Shown in pieces: positions 19,499-30,366 of a DNA stretch of 64,000 nucleotides. A model generated the notes under the pieces. The model was not told where the DNA came from. It searched no databases and saw only the letters and a list, made by a program, of their open reading frames with translations. Made by a program: the position numbers and the translations under genes. Source of the stretch: Spirochaetota bacterium (lineage in GTDB: Bacteria; Spirochaetota; UBA4802; UBA5550); the NCBI GenBank assembly GCA_050298055.1, contig JBNKTL010000010.1, forward strand, positions 37,977 to 101,976, written 5' to 3'. Each line of letters opens with the position of its first letter. Position 1 is the stretch's first letter.

Positions 19499-21343
19499 AT
19501 GAAAAATATAAACGAATTAATAAAAAGACTGGCACCTGAGAGTGCCGGTGTTCTGGCAGAACTCTTCAATTTGAAAACGCAAAAAGAGAAGGATATAACC
19601 GCTTCTCTTCTCACAAATACCGGCATTCATTCACTCCTTTCAAGCCTTGATCATAATGAACTCATTGTATTTAATACACTCTACAGCGGAAATGACGGGA
19701 TAACTTTCAGAGATGTTGAAAAAATTACCGGTCTCGGAATAGAAGTGATAGAAGATATTTCAAACCGCTTGATGAACAGGCTCCTGGTTTACCGGATAAA
19801 AAACCGGCAGCTTCTCACCAACAAGATGGACAAACTTTACTGCATCAGGGAAATTTCCGTGATTATCAACCTCTCATCGAGAGAGAGTATTTCCGCCCAT
19901 CTTATTAATCTGAAGAACAAACTTGAAAAGCATAACCAGGGCAAAAAGGAACACGCTGAGACATTGAACAACAGGGAGCGCGCGCTTCTCAGGAAGATCG
20001 TAACAGGAGGTTATCTCATCTCCCTGCAGGAGGCAGGAGAATCTTCGGGCAAATCATTCAACAGTCTTATTGATTCTCTCCATGAAAAGAAAGTGATCAG
20101 GATTTTTCATAATATAAACAGGGAGTACAATGCATACCTGACTGTTGATGAAAATTTTATCCAAAAAACCGTTTCACTTTTTGATACTGAGGGAAAACCT
20201 GAAGACACAGCAGTCAACAACAGGTATTTCTTTCTGCTGAATATACTGAATGTTTTTGATACAGTCTCCACCTTCGGCCTGTTTCTTACAAAACAGGGCA
20301 AATTCAGAAAAATAGACAGGAAAAGGATCACCGATTCCCTTTTCAGGCTCAAAACATCCGGGGGATCGGATATTTCGCAGTCAGAAATGTCACAGCTGAC
20401 CATGAACGTGATGAACAGGTTAAACTGCCTCAGAATGGACAAGGATAATGCCGTGGCAACACTCAGGAGTATCTCCGACGAGATAAAGAACCCGGTAAAA
20501 TTTACCCTGAAGATCATCCATGCATTAAAAAACCATCACCCCGCAGATGATCATTTCCCTCAGCCGTTCTTCATCCCCTCCTATGGAGATGTGAGAAAAA
20601 TTCTTTATTATTTAAATATCTTCAAAGAAACAGAATTTTCCCGGCTCTTTTCAATTGTACATCTGGAAATACAATCCGAAGAAATTGAAAAAGACCTGGT
20701 GAAAGGCGTAAACGATTTCGAGAAAGTCAAAATACGGGTCCAGGGTACAATAAATTTTCTCTGCATACTTGGTATTATTGAAACCGCAGGCATGAGGCTC
20801 ATGCTTTCAGCCGCAGGCCGCAAAGTTGCCGCGGGAATCCTGAATATCAAACAGCAGGAAAAGACCATTGAAAAACAGAGGAGCATCTACATCAACCCGG
20901 ACTTTACACTTATCATCCCCGCGGAGGAGATGGATTCCGATGCCCTTTATTTTCTTCTTGCATACACGGATATTGTCAAGAACGACTTTATTCTCCATGC
21001 GGTCCTAAGCAAAAATTCAATAGTGAAAGCGCTGAAGAGGGGGCTTGAAACCGGAAAGTTCATAGAGGTACTCAACAGGTATTCGAAAAATGATATTCCT
21101 CAAAACCTGACTTTTCTTCTCAACGAGTGGAGTAACCAGACAATTATGCTGGGAATTAACAGGGCAATTGTCATGAAAGCGAGCCACCCCTCTTTCATTG
21201 AAGATATACTTCACAGCAGGATAAAAAACTGTATAGTGGAAAGGATATCCCCGCATCATGCCATTATTGATATTAATTCAATAGATGAAATTGTAAAGTT
21301 TGCACGGAAGTGCGACGCGGTCATATCACTCTTTGGGGAATAG
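19499..21343 (+). CDS. Helicase-associated domain protein (XPB/Ssl2 N-terminal, Helicase_C_3-like)
   Basis: C-terminal INPDFTLII..LSKNSIVKALKRG..IPQNLTFLLNEW pattern. No helicase motor motifs. Confidence 0.7.
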   Translation: MKNINELIKRLAPESAGVLAELFNLKTQKEKDITASLLTNTGIHSLLSSLDHNELIVFNTLYSGNDGITFRDVEKITGLGIEVIEDISNRLMNRLLVYRIKNRQLLTNKMDKLYCIREISVIINLSSRESISAHLINLKNKLEKHNQGKKEHAETLNNRERALLRKIVTGGYLISLQEAGESSGKSFNSLIDSLHEKKVIRIFHNINREYNAYLTVDENFIQKTVSLFDTEGKPEDTAVNNRYFFLLNILNVFDTVSTFGLFLTKQGKFRKIDRKRITDSLFRLKTSGGSDISQSEMSQLTMNVMNRLNCLRMDKDNAVATLRSISDEIKNPVKFTLKIIHALKNHHPADDHFPQPFFIPSYGDVRKILYYLNIFKETEFSRLFSIVHLEIQSEEIEKDLVKGVNDFEKVKIRVQGTINFLCILGIIETAGMRLMLSAAGRKVAAGILNIKQQEKTIEKQRSIYINPDFTLIIPAEEMDSDALYFLLAYTDIVKNDFILHAVLSKNSIVKALKRGLETGKFIEVLNRYSKNDIPQNLTFLLNEWSNQTIMLGINRAIVMKASHPSFIEDILHSRIKNCIVERISPHHAIIDINSIDEIVKFARKCDAVISLFGE

Positions 21344-21346
21344 GAT

Positions 21347-21631
21347 CTAATCGGTATATACGGTTATCTTCTGAGGGAAGTTCCATTCCATGAACTCACT
21401 GAGAGCATTTATCGTCTTTTCCTGAACAAAGTAAAGTTTACCGTTTACCTTTACCAGCCCGCCCTTATAGTGAGAATGTTTCATCTGGTGGTTTACCCAC
21501 CCAACCAGTTCTACGCTTTTCCAGTTATCAACGGTCCTGAGCACCGGGACCTTGCTCAGGTGAAGTTCTTTAATCCTGCCGTCTTTCACAGAATCTGAAA
21601 GTATATGATCCCAATCCATTATTCCTCTCAA
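21347..21631 (-). CDS. Hypothetical protein
   Basis: 94-aa ORF co-oriented with the upstream coiled-coil gene. The start may be the Met at about 21619. Confidence 0.7.
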   Translation of the reverse strand: MRGIMDWDHILSDSVKDGRIKELHLSKVPVLRTVDNWKSVELVGWVNHQMKHSHYKGGLVKVNGKLYFVQEKTINALSEFMEWNFPQKITVYTD

Positions 21632-21691
21632 AAAATTACGGTCCTTGCCTTTAATAAATGTTTGCCTGTTTTTACTTCTTACTGTACTCGA

Positions 21692-22576
21692 CTATTTTTT
21701 CTCGGCTTTCAGCTGCTCCAGGCTCTTCATGAGGTCCTCAACCTCTCCGGCAAGCTGTTTATTCAACTCTTTCTGACGTTCAAGCTCTTCATGCAGCTCT
21801 ATGGCCTCGGTCCTGCTCAGTTCAGATACCTTTTCGGACGCGCCGAGAATCTCCTTTGTTTCTTCAAGCTGTGTTGCCGAAAAATCTATGAGAGATTCCT
21901 GGGCATTAATAACCTCTTTCGCGTCCATCAGTTCCCTCTGCCTGAGTTCGTAGAGAGACTCCTCCGCTGATATCCTCTTCTGCATATCATAAAGGCTGAC
22001 CTGTCTCAGCATTGAGAAGTCTTTGATGGATTCGTTCAACTTGAACTGTTCCTTCAGGAGCCCTTTTTCATAGTGGACGATCTTTTCAAATGCCTCTTTT
22101 TCACTGGCCGATTCGAAAACGTTTTTCCTGTTTATATCCAGAAGCCGTTCATAGGCTTCAATTCTTGATTCGGACTCTTTGGAAACAAATTTTAATATCT
22201 CCCTGTATCTTTCAACAATAATTGTCTTTTCAAGAAGAAGGAGAAACTCGGGATTAAACACAGGCCTGGCAATATATTCAAGATGAAGCATATTATAAGA
22301 TTTTGAGGAAATCCCTTTTATCTCCTTCTTTGTGAGAATGACAAACTTGCAGAACCCCCTCAGGCTTAAATCGGCTTCAAGAGTTTTAAGAAGCTTATCG
22401 GGTTTGACCTTGACAATATCAAATATAAAAACATTAATTTCATCTTCTTTTACATTTATTTCATCAAGATGCAGCCCGTCTATATAATTGAGGTTAAGAC
22501 CGAGCTTTCTTATGGATTCGGTCAGTTTGCTCCCGTGATTATTATCGGAAAATATCCATATCTTTGTTTCTTCCAT
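21692..22576 (-). CDS. Hypothetical protein: degenerate receiver-like N-terminus plus long coiled coil
   Basis: Beta/alpha N-terminus (IWIFSDN..VFIFD..FVILT..EYIARP) and an E/K/L-rich heptad C-terminus. Confidence 0.65.
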   Translation of the reverse strand: MEETKIWIFSDNNHGSKLTESIRKLGLNLNYIDGLHLDEINVKEDEINVFIFDIVKVKPDKLLKTLEADLSLRGFCKFVILTKKEIKGISSKSYNMLHLEYIARPVFNPEFLLLLEKTIIVERYREILKFVSKESESRIEAYERLLDINRKNVFESASEKEAFEKIVHYEKGLLKEQFKLNESIKDFSMLRQVSLYDMQKRISAEESLYELRQRELMDAKEVINAQESLIDFSATQLEETKEILGASEKVSELSRTEAIELHEELERQKELNKQLAGEVEDLMKSLEQLKAEKK

Positions 22577-22847
22577 TTTATACTCTTTATACTCGCAATG
22601 TTATTTACTTCATTTCCTCCCGGGTACCTGTGACAATTCACAATTTTGCCACTTCAAGCATGATGGGTAAAATTAAAAAATTCTTCACTAACAACTTGTA
22701 ATAATTTGTACCCCGAAGGGAACATCACAAAATAATTTATTGAAATTCCCTACTCCTGCATCCCTGAAATTATATTATTCAATGCATGAAAATTTTACAA
22801 CAATTTTTTATTACCGGTCCGCTATAAGATTAAAAATATCATTATTA

Positions 22848-22991
22848 GTAACTACTCAAGCTTAGTATAAGAACAATCACATTCAATAAAAAAAAGATAA
22901 CTGAGATGTCCCCGCCGCCGAAGGCGGCGGGGACATATTGCTGATATTATAGTAAATAAGTTGATTATATCCATAATAGCTGAGTAGTTAC
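22848..22991 (+). mobile_element. MITE copy B (144 bp)
   Basis: TIRs GTAACTACTCA / TGAGTAGTTAC. Central ATGTCCCCGCCGCC-GAA-GGCGGCGGGGACAT. Flanks CATTATTA / CATTATTG. Confidence 0.88.
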
Positions 22992-23115
22992 CATTATTGT
23001 TAAAATTGTTTTTTATCTTTACAGGGCTTCTGTCTTCAGGTTAACATAAAAACTTCTTGATTTTTGCTTCCCTGAAATAATTTTTGTTAAAAATTTAAGA
23101 GGCAGAAAAACACCG

Positions 23116-24270
23116 ATGCAAATGACCCGATTGTTCATTATTATAACCGTAATAGCAGTAGTGCTGGGGTATAATAAAAAAGTTTTCTCATGGGGACTTT
23201 TCAAACTTTTTACAGAGAAAGGATATAAAAGTGAAAACCTGGACCGTGTAATGGAATTTGATCCGGACAGGGACATCCTCTACCTTCCAAAGCTGGAAGG
23301 GAAAAAGCTTTTTCAGTCAATAGATGATCTCTCCATATGCAGAAAAACCCTGGTGAGAAAATATATCTATATCTATCTTACACGGGGAAGAAAGTTCCTT
23401 ATCGATGGGATCAGGAGGTCAAACAGGTACATGGAAACTGTTGAGAGTGTCTTTTCCGGCACAAACGGCCTTCCGGAAGACCTGAAACTCCTCCCTCTTC
23501 TGGAAAGCGGATTCAATCCCCGGGCCGTATCAAAAAGCAACGCCATGGGATTGTGGCAGTTTCTCTCCCAGACATCGAAACACCTGGGATTAAGAATAAA
23601 CAGGTGGGTGGACGAACGGAGAGATATAAAAAAATCCACCCTTGCGGCCGCCCGGCACCTCTCCAACCTCTACAGGACGTTCAACTCATGGCCCCTGGCA
23701 CTTGCCGCGTATAACGGGGGAGGCGGATATCTTAAACGCGCCCTTTATAAAACAGGGACAACCGACATCTGGAAGCTTATTGATTCCGGGGAACTCCGTG
23801 ATGAAACAAGCCAGTACCTTCCCCGGTTCATCGCACTGGCAGTTATATACAAGAACAGGGAACTTTTCGGTATAGATGACGAAATACCGGAGGATGATAC
23901 CACCGTCACTGATAACTATGTCCTGGACTACCCGGTCAAGCTTCAGCATATATCACAATTCTCAGGAATCACGGAAAAGAGAATACGGGAACTCAATCCC
24001 CAGCTCAGGATGAACATTACGCCCCCCGACATGAGAAACTACAGCATCCGTATCCCCGCGGATGCCGCAACACGGCTTGAGAAAAACCGCAAAAAACTGA
24101 ACAGCTACAGGATAAGAAGAGTAAAGATCTACAGGGTCAGGAGAGGTGACTCCCTTACGGGAATTGCCCGAAGGTTCAAAAAGAATACAAAAACTCTTAT
24201 CATCTTTAACAATATCCGCAATCCGGATCTGATAAGGCCGGGGAGGGTGATTTATATCCCTTACCGGTAG
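23116..24270 (+). CDS. Lytic transglycosylase, MltD-like (SLT plus LysM)
   Basis: LESGFNP, AMGLWQF, ALAAYNGG, ETSQY and C-terminal LysM YRVRRGDSL. Confidence 0.9.
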   Translation: MQMTRLFIIITVIAVVLGYNKKVFSWGLFKLFTEKGYKSENLDRVMEFDPDRDILYLPKLEGKKLFQSIDDLSICRKTLVRKYIYIYLTRGRKFLIDGIRRSNRYMETVESVFSGTNGLPEDLKLLPLLESGFNPRAVSKSNAMGLWQFLSQTSKHLGLRINRWVDERRDIKKSTLAAARHLSNLYRTFNSWPLALAAYNGGGGYLKRALYKTGTTDIWKLIDSGELRDETSQYLPRFIALAVIYKNRELFGIDDEIPEDDTTVTDNYVLDYPVKLQHISQFSGITEKRIRELNPQLRMNITPPDMRNYSIRIPADAATRLEKNRKKLNSYRIRRVKIYRVRRGDSLTGIARRFKKNTKTLIIFNNIRNPDLIRPGRVIYIPYR

Positions 24271-24431
24271 TTTCCAATCCGGCACAACCGGGGTAGATAA
24301 GGATGAGAATGAGAAGAGAGAGTTTCAAATTCAACCGGGACAAAGCAAAAAAATTTTTTTGTGGACATTTTAATCACCGTAACAACAATTTCTTCTTTAA
24401 AATAGAGTATTCATCTTTCATAAAATAGCAG

Positions 24432-24575
24432 GTAATTACTCAGGCTGAGTTTTAAGCATAATTGTATTAAACGAAAAACATAACGGTTATGTTCCTGCCG
24501 CCCGAGGCGGCGGGACGCATTGCGGTTATTTTATTGAATATGTATATTTTTTCATCTCACAGGAGGAGCTATGTT
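24432..24575 (+). mobile_element. MITE copy C (right end degenerate)
   Basis: Left TIR GTAATTACTCAG and central GTTCCTGCCGCC-CGA-GGCGGCGGGAC. The right TIR is not recognisable, so the end is approximate. Confidence 0.65.
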
Positions 24576-24750
24576 TCAACTACCGGGTGGATGGGAAATA
24601 ATCTTAATAGTCGTCATAATAATCCTCCTCTTCGGAGGAACAAAAGCAAAGTCAACCATCAGAAAGATGGGTCAGGGGATCTCCAAAGCCAAAAAAGAGG
24701 TGGATGAAATAACTGACCTTACAAAGAAAGACCTTTAGAGGGAGAAAAAC

Positions 24751-26019
24751 GTGGACATTTACAAAATTAAAGGAGGCACAAAACTTTCCGGGAATGTGGA
24801 CATATCCGGGGCAAAAAACGCGGCACTCCCCATCATCGTGGCAAGCCTGCTTGCAGACGGCGAATACACACTCAGGAACATACCGGACCTGAAGGACATC
24901 AGGACAATGCTGAAAGTCATTGAATACCTGGGCGCGGAAACCGATTATAACCCGGAGAAAAACCTGCTGAAGATCAGGGTGAAAAATATCAGGAACGAAG
25001 AAGTCCCCTACGAACTTGTAAAAACAATGAGGGCCTCGGTTTATGTGATGGGGCCTCTTCTGGCGCGTACCGGGGAGGCATCGGTCTCAATGCCCGGGGG
25101 ATGCGCAATCGGCGAGAGACCCGTAGATATCCACCTCTCCGGTTTTGAAGCCCTGGGCGCGGAGATCAGCCTCGAACACGGATATATCAGGGCCACCGCA
25201 AAGGACCTCAGGGGCACAACATATATCATGAGGAATGTGTCCGTGGGGGCCACTGCCAACCTGTTAATGACGGCCATTCTCTCCAGGGGGAAAACAGTGC
25301 TGGAAAACTGTGCCATGGAACCGGATGTTGTGGACCTGGGTCATTTTCTCATTAAAATGGGAGCAAAGATTGAAGGTCTGGGTACGGAGAGGATCGAAAT
25401 TACCGGTGTAAACAGGCTGAAACCCGCAGACTATTCGGTGATACCGGACAGAATTGAAGCAGGGACATTTCTTCTTGCCGCGGCGGCAACCAGGGGAAAT
25501 ATAACCATCAAAAAAACAATCCCGGAACATCTGGAGGCGCTTACCCGGTTACTGGATGAGATCGGGTTTACCCTGGAAAGCGGAAAAGATAAGATCTCAC
25601 TGGATTCACCGAAAAAGTTTAAAGGATCAATAGTCAGAACACTCCCCTACCCCGGCTATCCCACAGACCTCCAGGCGCCTATAATGTCACTTCTGGCAGG
25701 GGTCCCGGGGATAAGTGTTATCATTGAAACGATCTTCGAGAACAGGTTTACCCACATTCCCGAATTAAGGAGAATGGGCGCGGATATTACCGTGGAAGGT
25801 AATATTGCCATCATTAACGGCGTCAGCAGACTCTCCTCCGCCCCTGTTATGATGTCAGATCTCAGGGCGGGAGCGGCCCTTGTGATCGCCGCCCTCTCCG
25901 CCCGGGGGACAACCGAGATCCGAAGGATTTACCACTCTGACCGCGGTTATGAAAAATTATCCTCTAAATTATCAGCCCTTGGTGCCGATATTAAAAGGGT
26001 GAAGGGAGGAAATCCGTAA
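24751..26019 (+). CDS. murA: UDP-N-acetylglucosamine 1-carboxyvinyltransferase
   Basis: GAKNAALP, MRAS, PGGCAIGERP (active-site Cys), IPDRIEAGT, PTDLQ and SDLRAG. Confidence 0.97.
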   Translation: MDIYKIKGGTKLSGNVDISGAKNAALPIIVASLLADGEYTLRNIPDLKDIRTMLKVIEYLGAETDYNPEKNLLKIRVKNIRNEEVPYELVKTMRASVYVMGPLLARTGEASVSMPGGCAIGERPVDIHLSGFEALGAEISLEHGYIRATAKDLRGTTYIMRNVSVGATANLLMTAILSRGKTVLENCAMEPDVVDLGHFLIKMGAKIEGLGTERIEITGVNRLKPADYSVIPDRIEAGTFLLAAAATRGNITIKKTIPEHLEALTRLLDEIGFTLESGKDKISLDSPKKFKGSIVRTLPYPGYPTDLQAPIMSLLAGVPGISVIIETIFENRFTHIPELRRMGADITVEGNIAIINGVSRLSSAPVMMSDLRAGAALVIAALSARGTTEIRRIYHSDRGYEKLSSKLSALGADIKRVKGGNP

Positions 26020-26020
26020 T

Positions 26021-26854
26021 ATGATCAAGGGAATATATACAGGCGCCAGCGGGATGATCGCCCAGCAGGCCAAACTGGATACCATAGCCAACAACCTGGC
26101 AAATGTTGACAAGACAGGCTTTAAAAAGGACCTCACGGTATTTAAAACATTTCCGGAGATGCTCATGAGAAGGATCAATGACGACGGCGTGGGGATAACA
26201 CCTGCCGGTTCATATGATACCATGCCTTATCTGGGCAAGATGGGTACCGGTGTGGAGGTCAACGAGGTTTACACCCAGTTTCAACAGGGTTCCCTCCAGA
26301 GAACGGAAAACAACTTCGACCTTGCCCTTGAAGGAAGAGGATTCTTCACCCTGGGAACCGAACGGGGCGAGCGTTATACGCGGAACGGATCATTCACCAT
26401 TAACCAGGAGGGTGTCCTGGTAACACATAACGGGAACCCTGTTCTCGGTGAAAACGGCATCATCAGGGTCCAGGAAAATAATTTCATGATAAACAAGAGG
26501 GGGGAGGTTCTGGTCAACACCGCACTTTCCCTTGATCCACGGGACGTTGTTGGAATTAATAACAACTGGGAAGAGCCCGTGGTCATTGACAGGCTCAGGA
26601 TTGTGGATTTTGAGAATATCAGGGAGCTCAAAAAAGAGGGTGACTCCATGTTCAGGGAGACAGAATATTCGGGACCGCCTCTCCCGCCGGAAAAGGTCAA
26701 GGTTATCCAGGGTTTTCTTGAAAAATCAAATGTTAACGCGGTCCGCGAGATGGTGGACATGATCGAAGTTCAGAGAAGCTATGAAGCAAACCAGAAAACA
26801 GTGACGGCTCACGACCAGGCCCTGGGACGACTGATCAATGATGTTGGAAGATAA
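26021..26854 (+). CDS. flgF: Flagellar basal-body rod protein (FlgF/FlgG family)
   Basis: IANNLANVDKTGFK, YTRNGSF and QGFLEKSNVN..EMVDMI..QRSYEAN. FlgF versus FlgG is uncertain. Confidence 0.8.
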   Translation: MIKGIYTGASGMIAQQAKLDTIANNLANVDKTGFKKDLTVFKTFPEMLMRRINDDGVGITPAGSYDTMPYLGKMGTGVEVNEVYTQFQQGSLQRTENNFDLALEGRGFFTLGTERGERYTRNGSFTINQEGVLVTHNGNPVLGENGIIRVQENNFMINKRGEVLVNTALSLDPRDVVGINNNWEEPVVIDRLRIVDFENIRELKKEGDSMFRETEYSGPPLPPEKVKVIQGFLEKSNVNAVREMVDMIEVQRSYEANQKTVTAHDQALGRLINDVGR

Positions 26855-26861
26855 ATAATGA

Positions 26862-26920
26862 GCGGGATATCGTGATATTTTAACAAACAGGTTAATTTTT
26901 CTCTATGGCTGAGTAGTTAC
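26862..26920 (+). mobile_element. MITE copy D (right half only)
   Basis: ATATTTTAACAAACAGG..GGCTGAGTAGTTAC matches the reverse complement of the left arm of copy G. Confidence 0.65.
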
Positions 26921-27008
26921 CAGGAATCAATATTATCCGGCTATATCTGTTGACAAAAACCTTTTTCCCTGCTAAAATACGAGGAAAAAGGTTTTTTATT
27001 TTAGAATA

Positions 27009-27398
27009 ATGAGCTATAAAATTGAAATCCCGGAAAGCCGCAAATATATCCACATACGGATTGAAGGTGATTTTTCCGCTCAGGATTCCCACGAATGGCT
27101 GGCAAAACTTCAAGGAACTATTTCAGAACAGGGCATCGAACGACTCCTTATCGATGTCAGGAAATCGAAAAACACCTCAAGTGTCCTCGACAATTACACC
27201 TTTGCCTATAAAGATACCGACAAACTTCAATTGAACAAGAGAGTACGTACTGTCATCCTGGCAAATCCCGACGATAAATCCCATGACTTTGTATTGACCG
27301 CAATGCTCAATGCCGGATTCAATGTACGCCTGTTTCAGGACCCGGCGTCTGCAGTCCGTTGGCTGGAAAAAGCAGACCACGAGAACCCCATTCAATAA
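27009..27398 (+). CDS. Hypothetical protein, STAS/SEC14 (SpoIIAA)-like fold
   Basis: 129 aa with LLIDVR and the C-terminal GFNVRLFQDPASAVRWL pattern. Confidence 0.6.
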   Translation: MSYKIEIPESRKYIHIRIEGDFSAQDSHEWLAKLQGTISEQGIERLLIDVRKSKNTSSVLDNYTFAYKDTDKLQLNKRVRTVILANPDDKSHDFVLTAMLNAGFNVRLFQDPASAVRWLEKADHENPIQ

Positions 27399-27609
27399 AA
27401 GCGGTCCGCCCCTGTCCTCAAAATCCGCAGTATCTTTCATAGAGCCGGGTAATTACAAATTTTTTTTACATTGATTGATATAAAAAATTTGATTGAATAC
27501 TATATAATAATTGACAAAAAAAAAGCCAGGGTTGAGAGTAGAGCTTCCTTTAATCACAAAAATTCATTAAATATTAAAACATTATTTATTATACGAAAAG
27601 ATAAAAATT

Positions 27610-28023
27610 ATGGAATACCTCAACTGGGACGAAAACTTCAGCGTAAAAAATGACAAAATTGACGCGCAGCATAAAAAATTAATAGGCATGATCAATGATG
27701 TCAACAGGGCATTGAATTCCGGATCAGGCAGGAAGGACATATCAAAGATATTCAATGATATGGTTGAATATACAAAAGAACATTTTTCATACGAAGAAGA
27801 TCTTTTCGCACGATACTCTTACGGCAATGGAATCAAACACAAGATTGCCCACTCGAATTTTATCATTAAAACCCTTGAACTTTATGGTGATTTTGTCAAT
27901 GACAGGGGTGTTGATCTTAACAGCTTGCTTGACTTCCTGATAGAATGGCTGAAGAACCATATACTTGTTGATGATAAGAAATTCGGGGAATTTCTGCTGG
28001 AAAAAGATCTTATTGAGCAGTAA
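27610..28023 (+). CDS. Bacteriohemerythrin
   Basis: W..FSV..IDAQHKKL, HFSYEE, HKIAH and WLKNHILVDD. Confidence 0.92.
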   Translation: MEYLNWDENFSVKNDKIDAQHKKLIGMINDVNRALNSGSGRKDISKIFNDMVEYTKEHFSYEEDLFARYSYGNGIKHKIAHSNFIIKTLELYGDFVNDRGVDLNSLLDFLIEWLKNHILVDDKKFGEFLLEKDLIEQ

Positions 28024-28243
28024 AGATGTTGTAAAGTCTCTCATCCGGGAAACCCTCCTTTAATATCATCATGTATGGCAATAAAATTACAGGATATTCC
28101 CGCAAATATCAATATTTAAATCTTTACAATCTTCACCAACTCTTCAGATTACGCATTACAGATGAATCTCTGCCTGAGAGAGCAATTCTCACAGAGATCA
28201 GCTGAGAGAAATCCAGTGAAAAAACTGAAAAAAAGAGGACTTA

Positions 28244-29143
28244 ATGTTAAAAATATTGCTTATCATTATCGGCATTATAGGGGGATTGGGAATTTTATTT
28301 TTCTTATCCATTTTTGTTAATATGGCTTTTATCGGAAAGATCACAGAGTTTAAATTAATCTTTGCTTCGGGTGAGGAACCCCTTTCCGAAGGAGTTATCA
28401 TCAGAGAAATTTCAAAGAATGAAAAACCGTGGCCCGGGCAGAGTCTATTTGGAGAACTTAATACGGGAGATATTCAGGCGGCTGTGGAGATGGTTATGCT
28501 GGACGATGGGCAATTATTATCAGAGCGTCGTTTTTTTGACAGTGACCCGGGTAAAGAGGTAGAAGTCATAAAAGATGCAAATCAGAAACCTGAATATATT
28601 TTTACCGGGAACCGGGTTTATCATGCGAAAAATAGAAAACGCGGAAAACTCCTGGGAAGTTTTTCCGATCCGGAGGTTTCTGTGGTCCGGTATGCGTCTC
28701 ATCTCAATGACAAATTTTTTCTCATGATCGGCGATCCCGCGACCTATAAGTATGCATACAGCTATCTCTGGCAGGTGAACAAAAACAATCTTGAAAAAAG
28801 AAAAATAGCCGAAGGGACCTACTTTACATTTGTAAGGCCGCCCATGATTTTTCGGCCCCGGGGCTTTGGCGGCCTGGTTGTTGTTTATTATACCGGCAGC
28901 GTGAATTACGGTTTTGGAGGAGATTCTTCCCGGCCTGAATTCAGCTTTATTCGGATCTACAATGACAGGTTCAAAGAGGGCCTGGATATTGCTCAATTCG
29001 GATTCAAGGCAGGAACCATTGTTCATGTGGAATGGAGTGATAACGCTATAATTGCTACCGGGGACCCGAGCCGTCCCGCTGCCGCATTAATGGAAGCAAG
29101 GCCTGCAAGGATCTGGAGAATTGAACTTCCCCAAAAGAAATAA
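28244..29143 (+). CDS. Hypothetical exported or membrane-anchored protein
   Basis: 299-aa ORF with an N-terminal TM helix and a GAGGA RBS. Confidence 0.7.
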   Translation: MLKILLIIIGIIGGLGILFFLSIFVNMAFIGKITEFKLIFASGEEPLSEGVIIREISKNEKPWPGQSLFGELNTGDIQAAVEMVMLDDGQLLSERRFFDSDPGKEVEVIKDANQKPEYIFTGNRVYHAKNRKRGKLLGSFSDPEVSVVRYASHLNDKFFLMIGDPATYKYAYSYLWQVNKNNLEKRKIAEGTYFTFVRPPMIFRPRGFGGLVVVYYTGSVNYGFGGDSSRPEFSFIRIYNDRFKEGLDIAQFGFKAGTIVHVEWSDNAIIATGDPSRPAAALMEARPARIWRIELPQKK

Positions 29144-29144
29144 G

Positions 29145-29251
29145 CTAACACCTCAGCTATATGGCTATAATCAGCCGCCCAGGGCAGCGGGGACATATCA
29201 GTTATCTTTTTATTGAAAATGGTTATTCACATACTCAGCTTGAGTCGTTAC
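29145..29251 (-). mobile_element. MITE copy E (107 bp, internally deleted)
   Basis: Ends CTAACACCTCAGC / GCTTGAGTCGTTAC. Perfect 8-bp TSD GAAATAAG, which contains the stop codon of the upstream gene. Confidence 0.85.
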
Positions 29252-29328
29252 GAAATAAGATACATTTGTATTTGACTTTTGTTTAACACATTTTACACTG
29301 TAAACGCAAATCAAATTGGAGGCGCTTT

Positions 29329-29844
29329 ATGGGTTTTTTATCCGGAATATACTTCAGTCATTTATTCTGGGCTGTCTTCGCGGCATCAGGAACAATATCC
29401 GTTACCCTGATGAAGTTAAATAAGCTGAAAATAGTGAAGGTATCCCTCTCCCTGCTCTTCTGGGGCATGTTTCTTATTCTCTTTGCGGGAATGATCAACC
29501 ACGAATCTAATATTTCACATTTTCTCAAGGAAGTAGAAAAGAACCTTGTTGAAGCCAATGTTGAATCAAAAAAAGCCCTGTCCCAGGGCAGGGACATTAA
29601 GTATGGCGTCCAGGTGTCCCTGAGGGACGGCAGTAAATACCTCATCAATGATGTCAATATCGAAGAGAGGAAGATAAAGCTCTTTGATAAAAACACAACC
29701 GATGATGATAAGTTCGAAAACTTCAAGCTGCGGGAACTTGTCTACGGGGGATACAGTTTCAGCCGCATAGAACTCTCGGAAGAAGAGAAAGAAATGGCCA
29801 TGAAAAAATCCAAGGTCAAAAAAGCAAGACAGCCTATGAGGTAA
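29329..29844 (+). CDS. Hypothetical membrane protein
   Basis: GGAGG RBS and two N-terminal TM helices. Confidence 0.7.
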   Translation: MGFLSGIYFSHLFWAVFAASGTISVTLMKLNKLKIVKVSLSLLFWGMFLILFAGMINHESNISHFLKEVEKNLVEANVESKKALSQGRDIKYGVQVSLRDGSKYLINDVNIEERKIKLFDKNTTDDDKFENFKLRELVYGGYSFSRIELSEEEKEMAMKKSKVKKARQPMR

Positions 29845-29867
29845 GTTTTTGAATATCAGAGTATCTA

Positions 29868-30350
29868 TCAGATATCGAAGGGGTTCCTTTCAATATATTT
29901 TGAATAATCCTTTAAAACAGGCTTATATTTTTCATTCATAAGCGGCGAAGAGATTATAAAATCAGCAGTGGCGCGGTTGCATGCTATGGGAATGTTGTAC
30001 ACAACCGCAATTCGGAGCAGGGCCTTAACATCCACATCATGGGGCTGGGGCTGCATTGGGTCCCATAAAAATATCATAATATCGATATTCCCCTCGGCTA
30101 TCATTGCTCCCATCTGCTGATCACCCCCCAGCGGTCCCGATTTAAGTTTCTTTATGACCGGCTTCTTTACATCAGCCGGTTTTAAAGACCCCTGTTTGGC
30201 AAGGGTTTCTTCAACCAGTCTGCCCGTTGTACCGGTACAGACAAGATTATGCTGTAAGAGAGTTGTGTAGTTCCATTCAACCCACTCTATAAGGTCCCTC
30301 TTCCTGTTGTCGTGAGCCACAAGCCCGATATTTTTCCTTACTTCCATCAT
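29868..30350 (-). CDS. mgsA: Methylglyoxal synthase
   Basis: LVAHD, TGTTG, SGPLGGDQQ and PHDVDVKALLR. Confidence 0.96.
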   Translation of the reverse strand: MMEVRKNIGLVAHDNRKRDLIEWVEWNYTTLLQHNLVCTGTTGRLVEETLAKQGSLKPADVKKPVIKKLKSGPLGGDQQMGAMIAEGNIDIMIFLWDPMQPQPHDVDVKALLRIAVVYNIPIACNRATADFIISSPLMNEKYKPVLKDYSKYIERNPFDI

Positions 30351-30366
30351 TTTTTCTCCGGTATTA

